Source of the DNA: Eledone cirrhosa
Taxonomy: Eukaryota
Assembly: GCA_964016885.1 (NCBI GenBank)
Contig: OZ024740.1
Span: forward strand, 400,644,001-400,708,000
DNA: 64,000 nucleotides
Reading direction: 5' to 3'
Below are positions 1 to 15,236 of this stretch, piece by piece. A model generated the notes under the pieces. That model saw nothing but the letters and a program-made list of their open reading frames with translations, did no database searches and was not told where the DNA came from. The first letter of the stretch is position 1. Each line of letters opens with the position of its first letter. The position numbers were made by a program, and so were the translations under genes.

Positions 1-354
1 TCAGATGAAAAGTTCATATGTTGATTATGAAGGAATGATTCTAGAGCTGTGAAATCTTACATGTAATAACTTGAAGTCTTCTTATTAATAACTGGAGACT
101 ATGTTGCGAAATAAACCTCATTCGGTAATTCCATTGAGAATATAGTTGTCAGTCTACCCTCGGATGTATATTTATATGCATAGTTTGTCACTTTCTAACA
201 CGGGATGCCGGGGTTTCATTCACAGTTTCCTGCTGAAAGATTACCGTCAGATATGTTGAGACGTTCGCTTTTGCCTTTCGTGTTCCCACAAGCGGGAAGC
301 AAATAAAGATTTGTATGATTGTTCAACGTACCTAACATTATTTTTAACCTTGAA

Positions 355-451
<97 letters not shown>

Positions 452-568
452 TATATATATTCACATACGGTTGATTCTGTCAGGATCCGATGTGGAGGGG
501 AGCGTTTGAGGATTCTGCCCCCCACGACCCTCTCAGGAAAAGTGGGCGAAGAGGTAGAAGATATATAT

Positions 569-622
<54 letters not shown>

Positions 623-1056
623 GTATATATATATATGTATGTGTGTGTGTGTGTGTGTATGTGCGTGCGTGTGACGTGTGCACAAGTGTGTATGCGTAGT
701 AATTGTTTATCTAATTGTTCATGCGTCTCTCCTATTGTTACGCTATCCCCCAGTTAACTGACTAATCGCCTACACGGACAGCGGCGGTCAGAATAAGTGA
801 ATGCTAATGCGATATAAAGCTAGCGGAAAGACAAAGATTTGACAGCGGCGCTTCCGCCGAAATCAGTCAGCACGTGGCTCACAGTGTCTCGGGCATTTAG
901 TGACCAGCGTCGTGTCACTGAAGTATCGCCTTCATGGCAATTTCTGGAAGATGTGCAACTGTGCACACCTTATCACCAGCAATATCAGCAGTTGAACAAC
1001 CAGCGTCTCATAACCCAGGATCCCCTGTTAAAAATTATGGCATGATTATTTATATA

Positions 1057-1195
<139 letters not shown>

Positions 1196-1577
1196 GTATA
1201 TATATATATATATGTATGTATGTATATCTATATACATTTGTCTACCTTGCTTTATTGTTTTACATGTATTTAGCATATTTATATGTGTGTGTCTGTGCAC
1301 GTGCAGGCACGTGTTTTCCTCTTGCTGCATGCGTTTATATATGCGAGTATATATATATATGTAAGTATACTTGCATTTCAGTGTGCGTTTTAACATGTAT
1401 CGAATAATTTATATTTGAGCATTCGTCTGTTAATGGTAATTACACGTTGGATTAGAGGGTACATATATCGTCAACTTTTTGTATGTCAGGTAGAGTATAT
1501 ATATATGCTACACACACATATATATATATATATATATAAATATTTATTATAAGAACAGATGACTCTTCACATTTACT

Positions 1578-1642
<65 letters not shown>

Positions 1643-1998
1643 ATAATAATAAATTTGAAGACTAAAATTCAAAGAAGGCTCGATAAGGATAAATATATAT
1701 ATATATACATACATACATATATATATATATATACGTATATATAGGTATATTTGAGATATAGTCGTCCCAACGTAGATTTATAATTGTCGCTAACTAAAAT
1801 AATATTTGAAAAAATCAAGCAGTGACGAACTATTATTATATTCACATACAATGGGACAACCACATTTCAAATTTCTAAATGTTTGCCAATACTTCTTAAT
1901 TCAACAGGGTGTTTACATATATGGATATATATATATATATATACACACATATATATATATATATACACATACATATATATACACACATACATATATAT

Positions 1999-2113
<115 letters not shown>

Positions 2114-2180
2114 CACATACATATATATATATATACACACACAGATATATATATATATATATATCTATACACATACATAT

Positions 2181-2216
<36 letters not shown>

Positions 2217-2556
2217 TCGTAGCTCATTTCATTCGTCGAATATATTTTTTTCCCACATATGTATTATATATTTGACGAGGGAGGGTTTCTTTATATTTTA
2301 ATTCTTGTTTTTATCGATTGTCTAATGTACCTTATTGTCAAGTCGGGATTTATAGCAGGCAAGTCGTGTGTCGTTGCGGTACTGTATAGAAGACAGGCTG
2401 GTGCTGCGCCACGGTCTACCCAATTCGCTAAATGATATCCATATAACCCTCCCTTTGTTCAAATGACAATGTATTCCTACCCTATTTATTACCTTTACCT
2501 GTGTCTGGCTTTAGATATTCAATCCGCTGCACCTGTTTAACACGAATTTATACATG

Positions 2557-2587
<31 letters not shown>

Positions 2588-2668
2588 CTCTCTCTCTCTA
2601 TATATATATATATATGCATAATACATACACATATGCACACACACACACACACACAGACACACACATAT

Positions 2669-2705
<37 letters not shown>

Positions 2706-4339
2706 CACACACACATATATATATGTAAATATAAATATATACGTATGTATGTATTCATATATATATATATATACATGTGTGTGTGTGTGTGTGTGTGTCT
2801 GTGTGTATTTGTCTGTGTATGTATGTCTTTATACACACACGTATATATACATATGTACGCTTGTATGTATGTATGTATGTATGTATGTATGTATGTATGT
2901 ATGTATGTATGTATGTATTTATGTATGTATGTATGTATGTATTTATGTATGTATGTAAAGCTTACCTCTTGAATAAGAAGCATAAACCCATGTCGGATTA
3001 CGTGTTTAACGAAATTGCCGTTGCAGAAAAATTAGCTATTTACAACATAACAAAAAAAACAGACAAAAATAAATCAGACATCTACAATCCACCATCATTT
3101 TATCCTTGTAAGCAATCCAACACCACTTCCACCGTTACTACCACAGCTATACCTCTAACAACTGCTTTCCCCCTCCCAGCACTATCTCCCCGCCACCAGT
3201 ATCTCTTCACCACTACTATCCACTCTACCACCACCAACAACAACACATTTAATCAGGCTTCACCATCAGCACAATGAGCAGTTGCAGGCTCAACAACGAA
3301 AGAACATCATCAGCCTCTGGTCGGCGTAAAGAAAACAACTATTTTTCTTTTAAATACATTTAGCCTTTATCCCGCTCATCACACACATACAGAGACACAT
3401 GCGTACTACATATAAGTACACTTCCCATATGCAGATAAATTCGACAGCTCTGGTTAGGTTTTTATAGCAACCATTTATCTGAAGTTCGCTTGTCCTGAAA
3501 ATATCTCGATATCAACTTGATAGACGGTAGTTCAATATACGGGTAGAGAGAAAGTAAGGAAGATAAGTGGATAAGTAGATGAAGACATAGATATAGAGCA
3601 AGGGGAAGAGACAAAGAGAAAGTGAGAAAGTCGAAAGAAGGAAAAGAATCATGAGAGCGTATGGGTGTTCTGAAGTGGTCCAAACGGAAGAATTACAAAA
3701 GAAAAATGAATAAATAAATAAAGAATAAAAGAAATAAAGATAGAAAATAAGAAATAAATGCATTAAAAAGTAGTGAATATATAAAGTAGTTAAAGAATTA
3801 AATATTTCGAAAGGCACGTGCTGCGAGTTCAGGAAGCTTGTGTCAAATGAGAGAAGGCGGGTGCCAGAAAATGGCCAATTTCTAAAGGGCAATTTACAAA
3901 ACAAAAACAAAGGAAGTCAATATAGCATTGTTAGTGTTGCTGTGTTTTATATGGTGTTGCAATGGGAGAAGGGGGGGATATAGAGGGGATCAAAACCAGG
4001 GAATCGTAGCCATTGCTGTTGATGTCGGGTTCTTTTAGAGGAAGAAATACAATGGAATGATCACCAGTTTTCTAACTCAAAGAAACATGAAGTGAGAATC
4101 TTTACACAGTTGATCGATCTCTGCTAAAATCAGCAATCAAATCTCACTGCAATGAAACACAACCACATTAAATATGGGAGTGTACAGTGGAAATGTAATC
4201 CTAAGGTTAGTTATGGCTGAACAGATGAGGCAGGATGTTCAAGGCTGAAATGAAGTTGATAATACAGTTCTACGTCCAGGGTTAACCTGGAGCTAAATAT
4301 CAACAACAATAATTGTTTCTACATTTTTAAGAAACAATT

Positions 4340-4960
4340 GTCTTTGTTGATTAGAAATCCTGTCCTTGTGAGAGAATTAGAAACCACAATTATTGATGTA
4401 AAGACTGGCATAAGTAAGCTTTCTACTTGATTATTTAACCGGAAAATGTCGCAGCCTCAGATATTCAGTAGGTATCGCAGGGTACTTGCTGCATTTTTGA
4501 GTCTTTCAAAAGAGATGGTTGGGCTAATGTTCTTTAGTCAACATTGGTGTCACAGCACCTAGAACTCCTATGATGATGAACACGACCATGATACCATGAC
4601 AGCCCGAATCCTTACAGTTCTCACTTTAGAACCTGGTACCGGTTAATTTTCTACCTTTCATTTTCTTGCAGTCTTCTGTCAAAGAGACAAGCTACATCTA
4701 TAATCATGCAGATTTTCTACCTGTCAAAAACCACCAATTCACACCTAATTCCTCATCTGTTTGTAACTTGAAATTGCCAAATACCTTTACTTGATCGATT
4801 TCTATCATCACCTCTGGTTTATGCTCATACCACTTTTCAGATTTGGGTAAGTCATTCAGTTTGCATAAATGCTAGTGGATAACTTTTCCTATGATATCCT
4901 GCCTCCATCGTTTATATTGTGCCTGGCCTAGGTGTTTATACAGTTTCCTGTCGCTCAGTG
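4340..4960 (-). mobile_element. Old 3' fragment (RLE endonuclease region) of an R4/Dong-like LINE
   Basis: Matches the 3' end of the element at 17004-20385: 'gcagcctcagatattcag' (4451 vs 17074) and 'tctatcatcacctctggtttatgctcataccactt' (4801 vs 17462). No open frame remains. Confidence 0.7.
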
Positions 4961-5099
4961 CGAATATTTCATTCACTTTGTTCTAAGTGCTTCCTCGTGT
5001 GCAGCCAGCCTACTGCTCCATATGTAAATGAGGCTAATTCGCCTATATACATAGGCGTTAAAATTATATGCTTTCCTTTATATTGAATTCCAGCAGAAA

Positions 5100-5270
5100 G
5101 CGAGGTAAGGGAAGTATTACTTTGATAGCGAGCATTAATCAGAAACGATCGTAGGTATTCTACACCCTCGCTTCTGCTAGAACTCGCTAGATGGCGCTAC
5201 GCCATCAGCTTTCAAAATTCATAGCTAAAGGCTTTCGAAAGTTTATTCGTAAATGTTCCTTATATCATTA
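5100..5270 (+). mobile_element. Penelope-like terminal-repeat relic with degenerate hammerhead (related to 8100-8340)
   Basis: GAAAC-gatc-GTA at 5142-5153. Downstream 'ccctcgcttctgctag..agatggcgct..ttcatagctaaaggctttc' aligns with the reverse complement of 8150-8225. Confidence 0.5.
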
Positions 5271-5311
5271 GATATACAAAATACACACACACACGCACGC
5301 ACACACGCACG

Positions 5312-5348
<37 letters not shown>

Positions 5349-5872
5349 TTATGGGGGTGTATGTGTGTGTTTACACACGCACGTAAATATTCTGAAGAGA
5401 ATAATAAGGACTCTAGTCCGACGTGCAATCAATGAAGATTAATACTGAGGTATAGAAAAGGTTAGAAGGGAGAATAGAGCAAGTCAGACCGAGTGGTGTG
5501 ATGTCGATTATATTAAAACTTAAAACAAAACCCGCATTACTAAGACTTAGAATATAAATTCAAAATAGAGGGCGCACTGTATAAAGGCAAGGAAATAAAA
5601 AATGGAAAGACGGATACTCATCATCTCCGCAGTCAACCTATGGAAATTACTAAGATTCCGGATTTTAAGGTTGAGACTTTCATTCCAATGCACAGTGGGG
5701 CATAACAAAACGGGTAGAAACAAATTATGCCTTTAGGCGAATTACACACATATAGAAGAAAAAGCAACCCAAGCGCCTCAACTGACAAAGAAGGGGAGAA
5801 CGGTGTGCAAGGGCCTAGCCAAACGAGAAAAAATAGAAAGGAGAGAAATAGTAAAACAGAAGAGAGTAATAA

Positions 5873-5951
<79 letters not shown>

Positions 5952-6247
5952 GAGAGAGAGAGAGAGTGTGTGTGAATGAGAGAGAGAGAGAAAATGAGAG
6001 GGAAAAGCTGGGAAACAGAGACTCATATAACGTGATAAGACAAATGAATTCTAAAAAACTGATTACAATTGAGATAATATGGTCATATAAAATAACTTAT
6101 ATATATATATTTTTGATTTTAATTTCTTCACATATGTTTTTCCACTTACAAAACCTCTCCCTAGTTCTATCTCTCTCTCTTCCTCTCTTTCTATCTCTCT
6201 CACTCTCTCTCTTTGTCTTTCTGTTAGTAAGTCCCTCACTATATACG

Positions 6248-6278
<31 letters not shown>

Positions 6279-6343
6279 GTTTATCCCGTGTTCAATCGGG
6301 AGTAACCACATTAAGTAAGGTACTCAATACGTAGCAGAGTATA

Positions 6344-6485
6344 AATATGTAATATAGAAATGGCTTCTACAGGACTAAAACTGTTTCATTCGTAAGAAAT
6401 CATCAAGAAAGCCGGCTTTCCTGATGATTTCTTTCGAATGAAACAGTTCTAGTCATGTAGAAGACATTTCTATATTAAATATATA
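6344..6485 (+). mobile_element. Fold-back inverted repeat carrying a minimal hammerhead (Penelope-like terminal repeat)
   Basis: Arms of ~65 bp centred on gaaagccggctttc. CTGATGA (6421-6427), short stem II, GAAAC (6440-6444), agttctaGTC. Flanked by (TA)n. Confidence 0.65.
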
Positions 6486-6558
<73 letters not shown>

Positions 6559-7386
6559 GTGCATGTATGTGTGTAAACGGTTGTGTGTGTTTCAGTATTA
6601 AAAGTAATATATAACATAAACAGGAGTCTTCCAAGCCCTCACAAAGTAAACGAAACACTCTGAATAAAATAGTTATAACACTAATAAAGGTAGTATTTAC
6701 GAAAAATAAATATATAAAACCAAATAAAATAAATAATACAGAACTACACAAATCTGGTGATAATATCGAATTCTGTCAAATACATTTCAGTTTACTATCA
6801 AGTAGAAGGCAATTAACTCTTTCAATTTTAAAGATTTGATTACATTTCGTTTTCACGTCATTATTTGGCGCCAGACAGGTCAGCCATGTTAAAGCTAAAG
6901 TACTTAACCAGGTGTAAGCATTTCGTCTTTGTTAAGAGTGACTAATGTCTTAATACCCTAAACCATAAGTAAACATATTTAATCCTGTTTCAATCCATTC
7001 CCTTCTTTTTTTTCTGCCTTGATTTATTTCTTGCTACCCTCACTCAACTTTCATATCAAAATTCTCCCTTCCTTAGCCATTAGTAACATGCATCTAGTAT
7101 ATAAACTCTCATTGCAGGCATTAGGTATTTGAACTCACTTTAGTAGCTTTCATAAAATATTACAACAGTGATATGATATAAATATCTTTAATCTAGTTTC
7201 TGATTAAGATAGATTTACTTATAAGATTTTTAGGCGGAAACCAGACACGACTCGACTGTTTATAAAGAAGTATGTTTAAAAGAACACTGTTAATCTGACT
7301 GGGACACAGCAGATTTAAATACTTAATTAGGACTGCAATCATATTTGGTATCTGAAATGACTGATGGTTCTTTATGTCTAATATAA

Positions 7387-7491
<105 letters not shown>

Positions 7492-7517
7492 TATATACAT
7501 ATATATATATATGTTTA

Positions 7518-7552
<35 letters not shown>

Positions 7553-8005
7553 GTATATACACACACACACACAGATATATATATATATATATATATATAT
7601 GGGATGAGGTACATATAATTCTGTTTGTGAGTGTGCGTATGTGTACGCATGTGTATTTGTGTACATATAAGCTTATGTATATTTTATGTGTAAATTTAAT
7701 GCGTGTTGAATAAATTAAGATCATATAGATGTCATATTTTGATAAACTTCAAATCTTCTGTTATCCTCATTTCGTAAAATCTCCCCCTTAGGTACGAGGA
7801 CACTTATTAAATCGAATATCATATGAAACACATGTCGTAATATATTTATCTATTAGCATTAACATTTTATATAGGAATAAATAGTCCGAAACCAGTCAAA
7901 CGCACTCACATCTGTATGTATGTAAACAAGTTTGCACACATAAACACATGTATGAAATCACACATACATACATATGACATCCACCCGCATCTACCTACTT
8001 CTCTC

Positions 8006-8092
<87 letters not shown>

Positions 8093-8226
8093 AGAATTGA
8101 GCTTCCAACATAGCTGTATACAAATATGTATTAGAATTTCGGAAATAAATATTTAGAAAGCCATAGCTATGAAAAAGACTGGCAGCTAACGCCACCCAGC
8201 GGTGTCCGGCAGAAGCAAGGGGGGAA

Positions 8227-8270
8227 ATCGTCGATGCATTTCGAACTCACTGGTTCTCGTCAGAACGATC
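8227..8270 (-). ncRNA. Minimal type I hammerhead ribozyme
   Basis: Minus strand reads atcgtt-CTGACGA-gaac(cagtga)gttc-GAAA-tgca-TC-gacgat. Core intact, stems I and II pair, stem III is a short palindrome as in Penelope-associated minimal hammerheads. Confidence 0.8.
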
Positions 8271-8395
8271 TCTCCTCCCGTTGCATCTGCTGGATTTTGA
8301 AAACAGGTGAAAATATATAGTTTTTTCGTCTGTGTAAATGAGGAGATTAATCTCATTTACATATGAAGCTGTATAAGTTGACTCAACTTAGAATA

Positions 8396-8568
<173 letters not shown>

Positions 8569-9294
8569 GTGTGTGTGTGTGTATATGTGTGTGTGTATGT
8601 GTGTGTGTGTATGTGTGTGTGTGAGTCTACGTGGATGTGCGCGCGCGTGTGGAAATGAGAGGAAAGTAAAGTCAACCTTCAGTATGTTTTCTTCCAATAT
8701 CCTTTATAGGGTAGTTCCCACCGGGCACATAGCTGTTATGTATGGCTTCCCGAATTATCTACATATTGCAGTCTGCCCCGGCCTGGGCATATTGTCGTGC
8801 GTAGTTCGAGAATAAACGAACGATTTAATATATTTGAGGCATAAGTTAATGCTTGTCACCATACGCCTTTGGAGGTTAAAACATACAGACATGATGCAAC
8901 AGAAAGTGAATATCCTGCCGCCTCTTTGCACGTGCCGTCACTCAATGAACCGATAGACATGTGGTTTGCTCTGTTTACCCAACTAAATACCTGTTATACC
9001 ATCAGGAACGAGAGAGGCACGCTGATATTTCTACGTGGCCTTCCTTGCAATAACGGTATAAATCATTACATGAAATTCATACAACCACGAGAGAAAGTCA
9101 ACTATACCTTCTTGTATTCAATGTATTACGGGTGTCTGGCACAATAGAATAATTCGACACCCGTAGATTCCTCGCTAAACACTAATCATCCTTATAAGAA
9201 AAAAAAACATTCAAATAATTAAAAAGAGAGAAATATATTCTTGCATTTATACATAGATATATCCAAACTTAGATAAATTCGTATATATATCAAT

Positions 9295-9420
9295 GATTAT
9301 ATTTATAAAACCATATTTATTCTATTATATATATTTCAAGGGTACCAAAACTTTGTTACGCTCTCATCAGATAAAATGCAAAGTTTGTTTTATAAATATT
9401 GACATATCCAGTTATAAATA
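9295..9420 (-). mobile_element. Solo Penelope-like terminal repeat with hammerhead, related to the 26.8/30.4 kb terminal repeats
   Basis: Minus strand ttttat-CTGATGA-gagcgtaacaaagttttggtaccctt-GAAA-tatata. Shares 'atttataaaaccatatttat..atttcaagg.tacc' with 26810-26855. Confidence 0.65.
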
Positions 9421-9462
9421 TATATATTTGTTGAATTACCAACAAATTAAATATCCCTTTTG

Positions 9463-9536
<74 letters not shown>

Positions 9537-9545
<9 letters not shown>

Positions 9546-9765
9546 CAGATTAAAGTTTAAGCAAAGAATCGTTGCTTTCACTCTTAACGGGATCTTCTAC
9601 AACTGAGTTCAGAAGATCCCGTTAAGGGTGAAAGCAGCGATTCTTTGCTTAAACTCTAATCTGTTATTTTAATAAAGATTTGCTCTACGGTTCTTATATA
9701 TTTGATATATATATATCCTTACCGAGGCCTCATTGGATTTTAATCTTCAAATCTGTTATTATTGG
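9537..9765 (+). mobile_element. Fold-back Penelope-like terminal repeat with variant-core hammerhead (same family as 16452-16975)
   Basis: Inverted arms ~9537-9598 and 9610-9672, then a unique tail. Near-identical to 16826-16975. Inserted in (TA)n. Confidence 0.7.
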
Positions 9766-9808
9766 TATATATATATATACGTGCGCATGTATGTGTGCAT
9801 GCATATAA

Positions 9809-9997
<189 letters not shown>

Positions 9998-10041
9998 GTG
10001 ACGAAACATAAGTCAATTGCATGAACTCATAATCCTTTATT

Positions 10042-10099
10042 TACTGCTATATATATTTCGATGATAGCCATTGAATGGCTATGACCTCATCAGGCAGTT
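10042..10099 (-). ncRNA. Minimal type I hammerhead ribozyme
   Basis: Minus strand actgc-CTGATGA-ggtcatagccattcaatggctatcatc-GAAA-tata-TA-tagcagt followed by AATAAA. Stem I actgc/gcagt, long stem II atagccatt/aatggctat. Confidence 0.75.
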
Positions 10100-11127
10100 A
10101 GTCAGTTCTTAGATATGCCAGCTCTGTGTTTACAGTGTTGATGGTATCAGAGCCTTGGGACATATATATATATATAGAGAGAGAGACATATGAATTTATT
10201 TAAGTTTGGATATATTCTGCTCAATCCCAGACAGATAGGAAGAAAAAAGACTAGGTATGTTGGCTCAGAATTAAGTTAATGAGTTAATATCATTAGTACA
10301 TAACTGAAATTAAATCTAATTTATTACCGTTTATTCGCTTTAGCCGTTCAGTTTCAGTAAATTATATTTCATTAAACATTAGCACCGGGAAATTTTAGTG
10401 CAGTAAAATAATTTCTAAATCGTTAAGGATTTGAAATGGTAATCTTTTGGATACTTAATGCTACATCAAAAATATTTGCTATTGCAATAAATGCGTATGA
10501 AGCAGAATTTGATGAGCATTCCGGTCTAGAAATACATTTCTACATACTCGTGCAGCACATTTGTATGTATCATATAATGATTTGATTCAGGAACCATAAG
10601 ATACAAAAATGTGTAAGGCCTAGTATAAAAAAACCTGATGTTGTATTTAATCTCGTGGATCGAAATTGTTGAAGGAATTCCATACATCGCTATTTTGCTG
10701 CTCTTTTGTTTTTACACATAATATATCGATGGCTATATCAATAATTTTTTCAAGATCGCATGGTGTGATGAGTTTCTGAGTAAGTCTAGCAGCGACATAA
10801 ACAGCCCATAGTATGAGTGGCAACAGAAAAAAAAAAAAATGCAATAATTTATTTTCTGACGGTGCAATCGCGAGGTTGTGGAATTAGTAAAAATTAGTGG
10901 TTTGAGAAAATATGAACATATTCTAAAAAAGTAACACGTGTATAAAAAAGGGCTGTCACATATATATATGAATGTATATTCGGATAAATATCAAATATAT
11001 ATATATATATATAAACATATAAGCATATATATATATATATAAATATATCAATATCTATATATAAACATATATAAGCATATATATATATATATATATATAT
11101 AAGTATATATATATATATGTGTGTGAG

Positions 11128-11190
<63 letters not shown>

Positions 11191-11191
11191 G

Positions 11192-11223
<32 letters not shown>

Positions 11224-11233
11224 TGTGTGTGTG

Positions 11234-11265
<32 letters not shown>

Positions 11266-11314
11266 TGCGTGCGTGTGTGTGTGTGTGTGTGCGTGTGTGT
11301 GCGTGCGTGCGTGC

Positions 11315-11364
<50 letters not shown>

Positions 11365-11787
11365 GCGTGTGTGAGTATGCGTATGTGTGTATTTTTGTGG
11401 ATACAGTTCGTGTGGATACAGACAGGGAATTACAGGAAATCCTGTAGATTTAAAAAGGAAATGTAAATTATTCTTGTTAAATGTACATTTATACAGCGTT
11501 GACCTCCCAGCTGTTCATTTTATTTCATTTATAAAGTTTAAAAATTAAGATATGTAGTATCGCCTTACACTTTCCTGATATTTGTAATTAGCTTTTGCCA
11601 TTCATACTAATAGGCCATGTATTTTTGTGGAATAATTTATAGAAATGGACTGAAATACGGAAAACCATTTGTGGGGTTAAGAAAGATGCTTTCCATCTAG
11701 CTCTTCCTGACCTCTTTTTGCAGATTGGACAATTGCCTTTTAATACAGTTTTGAATTGAAGAACTCCAAAAGAATGAAATATGGTAG

Positions 11788-11926
<139 letters not shown>

Positions 11927-12259
11927 CAAAGGCATATATTGAGTTAGAAACTCAAAATAGTCTCTTACTACTAGTTAATTAGCTCTAGGAAAGATTTTTC
12001 CTAGCCGTTTAATATAACTGAACAAAAAAGAAAAACGAACACAGAAATATACATATATGTGTTCAAATCCTAAGGGACAAGATTTGCTAAGGTGAAGAGA
12101 ATACTGACTATAGACAATAGGGTTTGCCAGACTCAATTTAAGAATAAATCAAGAAAATAAATACAAACCAAAATTGTGGCAACTACCAATCACCCGGACA
12201 GTTTTGATAATACTGTTTCGCAATATTAATTTTGAAAAGGAATACCAAACCCTTGCTCA

Positions 12260-13269
12260 TCGGTGGGTGAAGAATATGCACCCCCGGGAGGCGTTTCGGA
12301 ACTCCAGGGAGCGTTTGGGAGCAAGGTCGCGTTAGGGGTGCGTTTGGATCTTTGAATAGGTGAACCCTTTTTTCGGATGCAAGAGGAAATTCAGCGTCGA
12401 TTTCCACATCTACATGCAGAGGCTAAGATATTTACTCTGCCTTTTCCAAGCTCATACTTAGTCGAGAGGAGGTTTGATGCTGTTTCCAGACTGCACAGTA
12501 AGTCTCGCAACCGATACAATGTAATTACACGTGGAGATCTATGGCTACATCTTAGGAAAATTCAGCCTCACGTCAAATAGTTAGCTAGACTCTATGAAGG
12601 TCAAGGGTCCCATTGAAATGAGGTCAAAGTTAAAGTAAGTTGATTTATCGAAAACTTGGATATGCTATTGTTACAAAGGAAACTAACAATTTTTTGTATC
12701 TGTAGTTGCAGTCCGACTGGACTGGAAACCATCTACTACAATTCACTTACTCATTTGTTGTATACATTTTACCATTTACTAATAAGTATACCCTCCCTCG
12801 TGGTCATGAAAACCCTCCTCCGTGGTCTCTAAGCTCACAAAGCAGAGGGGACATCAAGTTAGATATCAACATTTATTCTGTCCGTTTCATTAAAGGGAAA
12901 ATTGGAAAGCTTTGAAATGATATAATTGTCACTTTCTTTCAGATAAGAGCAATCTTGGGATAGACAGAGTTGCTCTTGTATAAATGTTCAAAATAGCTGG
13001 TAACGCCTGGTGGGAATATAACAAATTCAACTGGTCCTTATTCTTAAAAAAGAACATTTATGTTCCTTTTTTTGAAATTTATATATTTTCTTTCAAGGAA
13101 TGTATTTATACTCTCAGCTGCCTGCAATGGTATCTTTGGAATGTTGTTAATTTTTCAGTAATCTACTGATTTCAAAATAAGTAGTATATTGAAAAATGGA
13201 AAAATAGAGTGTGTGTGTGTGGGGGGGGGGGGGGGCATGATTTCGGCCTAAATGGGTTGAGAACCATTG
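12260..13269 (+). mobile_element. hAT (Buster/Charlie-like) DNA transposon relic: transposase C-terminus plus 3' end
   Basis: ORF 12377-12580 'LPFPSSYLVERRFDAVSRLHSKSRNRY..GDLWLHL' resembles the Buster-type hAT dimerisation motif (PxSYLxExxFS..KxRNRL). Terminus 'gggttgagaaccattg' at 13254-13269 resembles Charlie-type TIRs. The 5' boundary is uncertain. Confidence 0.7.
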
Positions 13270-13279
13270 CACAATTTTA

Positions 13280-13617
13280 CTGAGATCCTGCCATAACCGC
13301 TTTATGGCATTATCAATGCATCGTTTCCATCATGGTTCTTTTGACTTACTCAACTTAAAGCTCATCAGGGTCAATTATTCCTCTACAAGCAGCGCAGCAG
13401 CTCGAATGGGGTTCCAAGTGTGTGTTAGGTTTTCAGCATTTATCGTATTTCGTAGTTTCAATAAACATCTTGCTTTCTTTCTCATGTTCATTGGGATTCC
13501 TTCTTCTAGGACATTCATCAAATCCATAAGCGGTCTACCAAACTCAAGCAATTCATCCTCCAAGTGACTCCCTCCCTTTGCATCACCATTCTCAAGCTCA
13601 ACCATAGCAGGATTCAA
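13280..13617 (-). mobile_element. N-terminal fragment of another R4/Dong-like LINE
   Basis: Degenerate 'EP*WKRCI' at ~13315-13340 resembles 'EPWWKKRL' in ORF 19573-20319. Abuts (ATT)n at 13616-13640. Confidence 0.45.
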
Positions 13618-13776
13618 TTATTGTTATTATTATTATTTTGACTTTCATCTTTACGGGGTCAATAAAATAAAATGCCAGTAATGCACTGGATTCGATTTAA
13701 TAGATTGCCCCCCCCCCCCCAAAAAAAAAAAATATTGGGTTTGTACCTAAATCAGAAACCATTAGTATTATTATTA

Positions 13777-13953
13777 TTGGCAGTATCGGTAGAGGGGTGG
13801 ACGCCATGCTTTGCAGCAGAGAGTTACGTCCCTTTACGGTCTAAATTTAAATACAGTCGAGGTTAACTTTGCCTTTCATCCTTACGGGGTCGATAAAATA
13901 AAGTACCAGTAATGCACTGAATAATTGCTGGCCTTGTGCCAAAAGTAGAAACA
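13777..13953 (+). mobile_element. tRNA-derived SINE, family A
   Basis: A-box-like tggcagtatcggtag, core 'gcctttcatccttacggggtcgataaaataaagtaccagt', tail 'ggccttgtgccaaaagtagaaac'. Many copies in the window. Confidence 0.85.
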
Positions 13954-14054
13954 ATTATTAGCAGCAGCAGCAACAGTTGTAGTAGTAGCAATAGTCGTAG
14001 TAGTAATAGTCGTAGTAGTAGTAGTTGCTGTTGGTGTTGTATTAGTACAGTAGT

Positions 14055-14240
14055 TTGGAAGTATTGGTATAACATCGGACATGCTTTGAGGCATATAGTT
14101 ACGTTCCTTTACGTTCTGAGTTCAAATCCCACTAAGGTTAGCTTTGCCTTTCATCCTTATGGGGTTGATAAAACAAAATACCAGTAATTCACTGGCTTTC
14201 CCTCCCACAAAATTGTTTACCTTGTGTCTAAAGCAGAAAC
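14055..14240 (+). mobile_element. tRNA-derived SINE, family A
   Basis: B-box gagttcaaatccc plus the same core and tail. Confidence 0.8.
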
Positions 14241-14429
14241 CATTACTTTTTGCTCGATTTTTGTGTACCCCCCTCCCCCTGTCCCCGTCCATTGTATGCT
14301 CCCCTATATGTCGGCCCTTGTGGCCAATAAATGAAATCATTATCATTGTTGTTGTTGATTGTGAAATAGTTTTGGGATATGTTGATGGTTTTGCCTATGA
14401 TGTCATGGCTGGTGTTTATGTTTATGTGT

Positions 14430-14441
14430 TAGTAGCAGCAG

Positions 14442-14494
<53 letters not shown>

Positions 14495-14495
14495 A

Positions 14496-14563
<68 letters not shown>

Positions 14564-14645
14564 GTAGTAGTAGTAGTAATAGTAGTAGTAGTTGTAGTAG
14601 TAGTAGTAGTAGTAGTTGTAGTAGTAGTAGTAGCAGCAGCAGCAG

Positions 14646-14679
<34 letters not shown>

Positions 14680-14686
14680 TGTTGTT

Positions 14687-14724
<38 letters not shown>

Positions 14725-15139
14725 TATAGTAGTAGTAGTTGTAGTAGTAGTAGTAGTAGTAGTTATAGTAGTAGTTATAGTAGTAGTAGTAGTTGTAGTA
14801 GTTGTAGTAGTAGTAGAAGTTGTAGTTGTAGTAGTAGTAGTTGTAGTAGTAGTAGTAGTAGTAGTTATAGTAGTTGTAGTAGTAGAAGTAGTAGTAGTAG
14901 TAGTTATAGTAGTAGTAGTAGTTGTATACTAGTTGTAGTTGTAGTAGTAGTAGTAGTTGTAGTAGTTATAGTAGTAGTAGTAGTTGTAGTAGTTGTAGTT
15001 GTAGTAGTTGTAGTAGTTGTAGTTGTAGTAGTAGTAGTTATAGTAGTAGTAGTAGTTGTAGTTGTAGTAGTAGTAGTTTTAGTAGTTGTAGTAGTAGTTG
15101 TAGTAGTTGTAGTAGTAGTAGTAGTAGCAGTAGTAGTTA

Positions 15140-15179
<40 letters not shown>

Positions 15180-15198
15180 TATAGTAGTAGTAATTGTT

Positions 15199-15236
<38 letters not shown>

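Noticed and set aside
736-1015. Possible solo LTR (TGTTACG start, TATAAA, cataacc end)
   Set aside because: No clean CA terminus, TSD or second copy.
10647-10844. Possible host exons in unique-looking sequence (also 11588-11790, 60150-63900)
   Set aside because: No recognisable protein motif or convincing splice-bounded frame. Small exons cannot be excluded.
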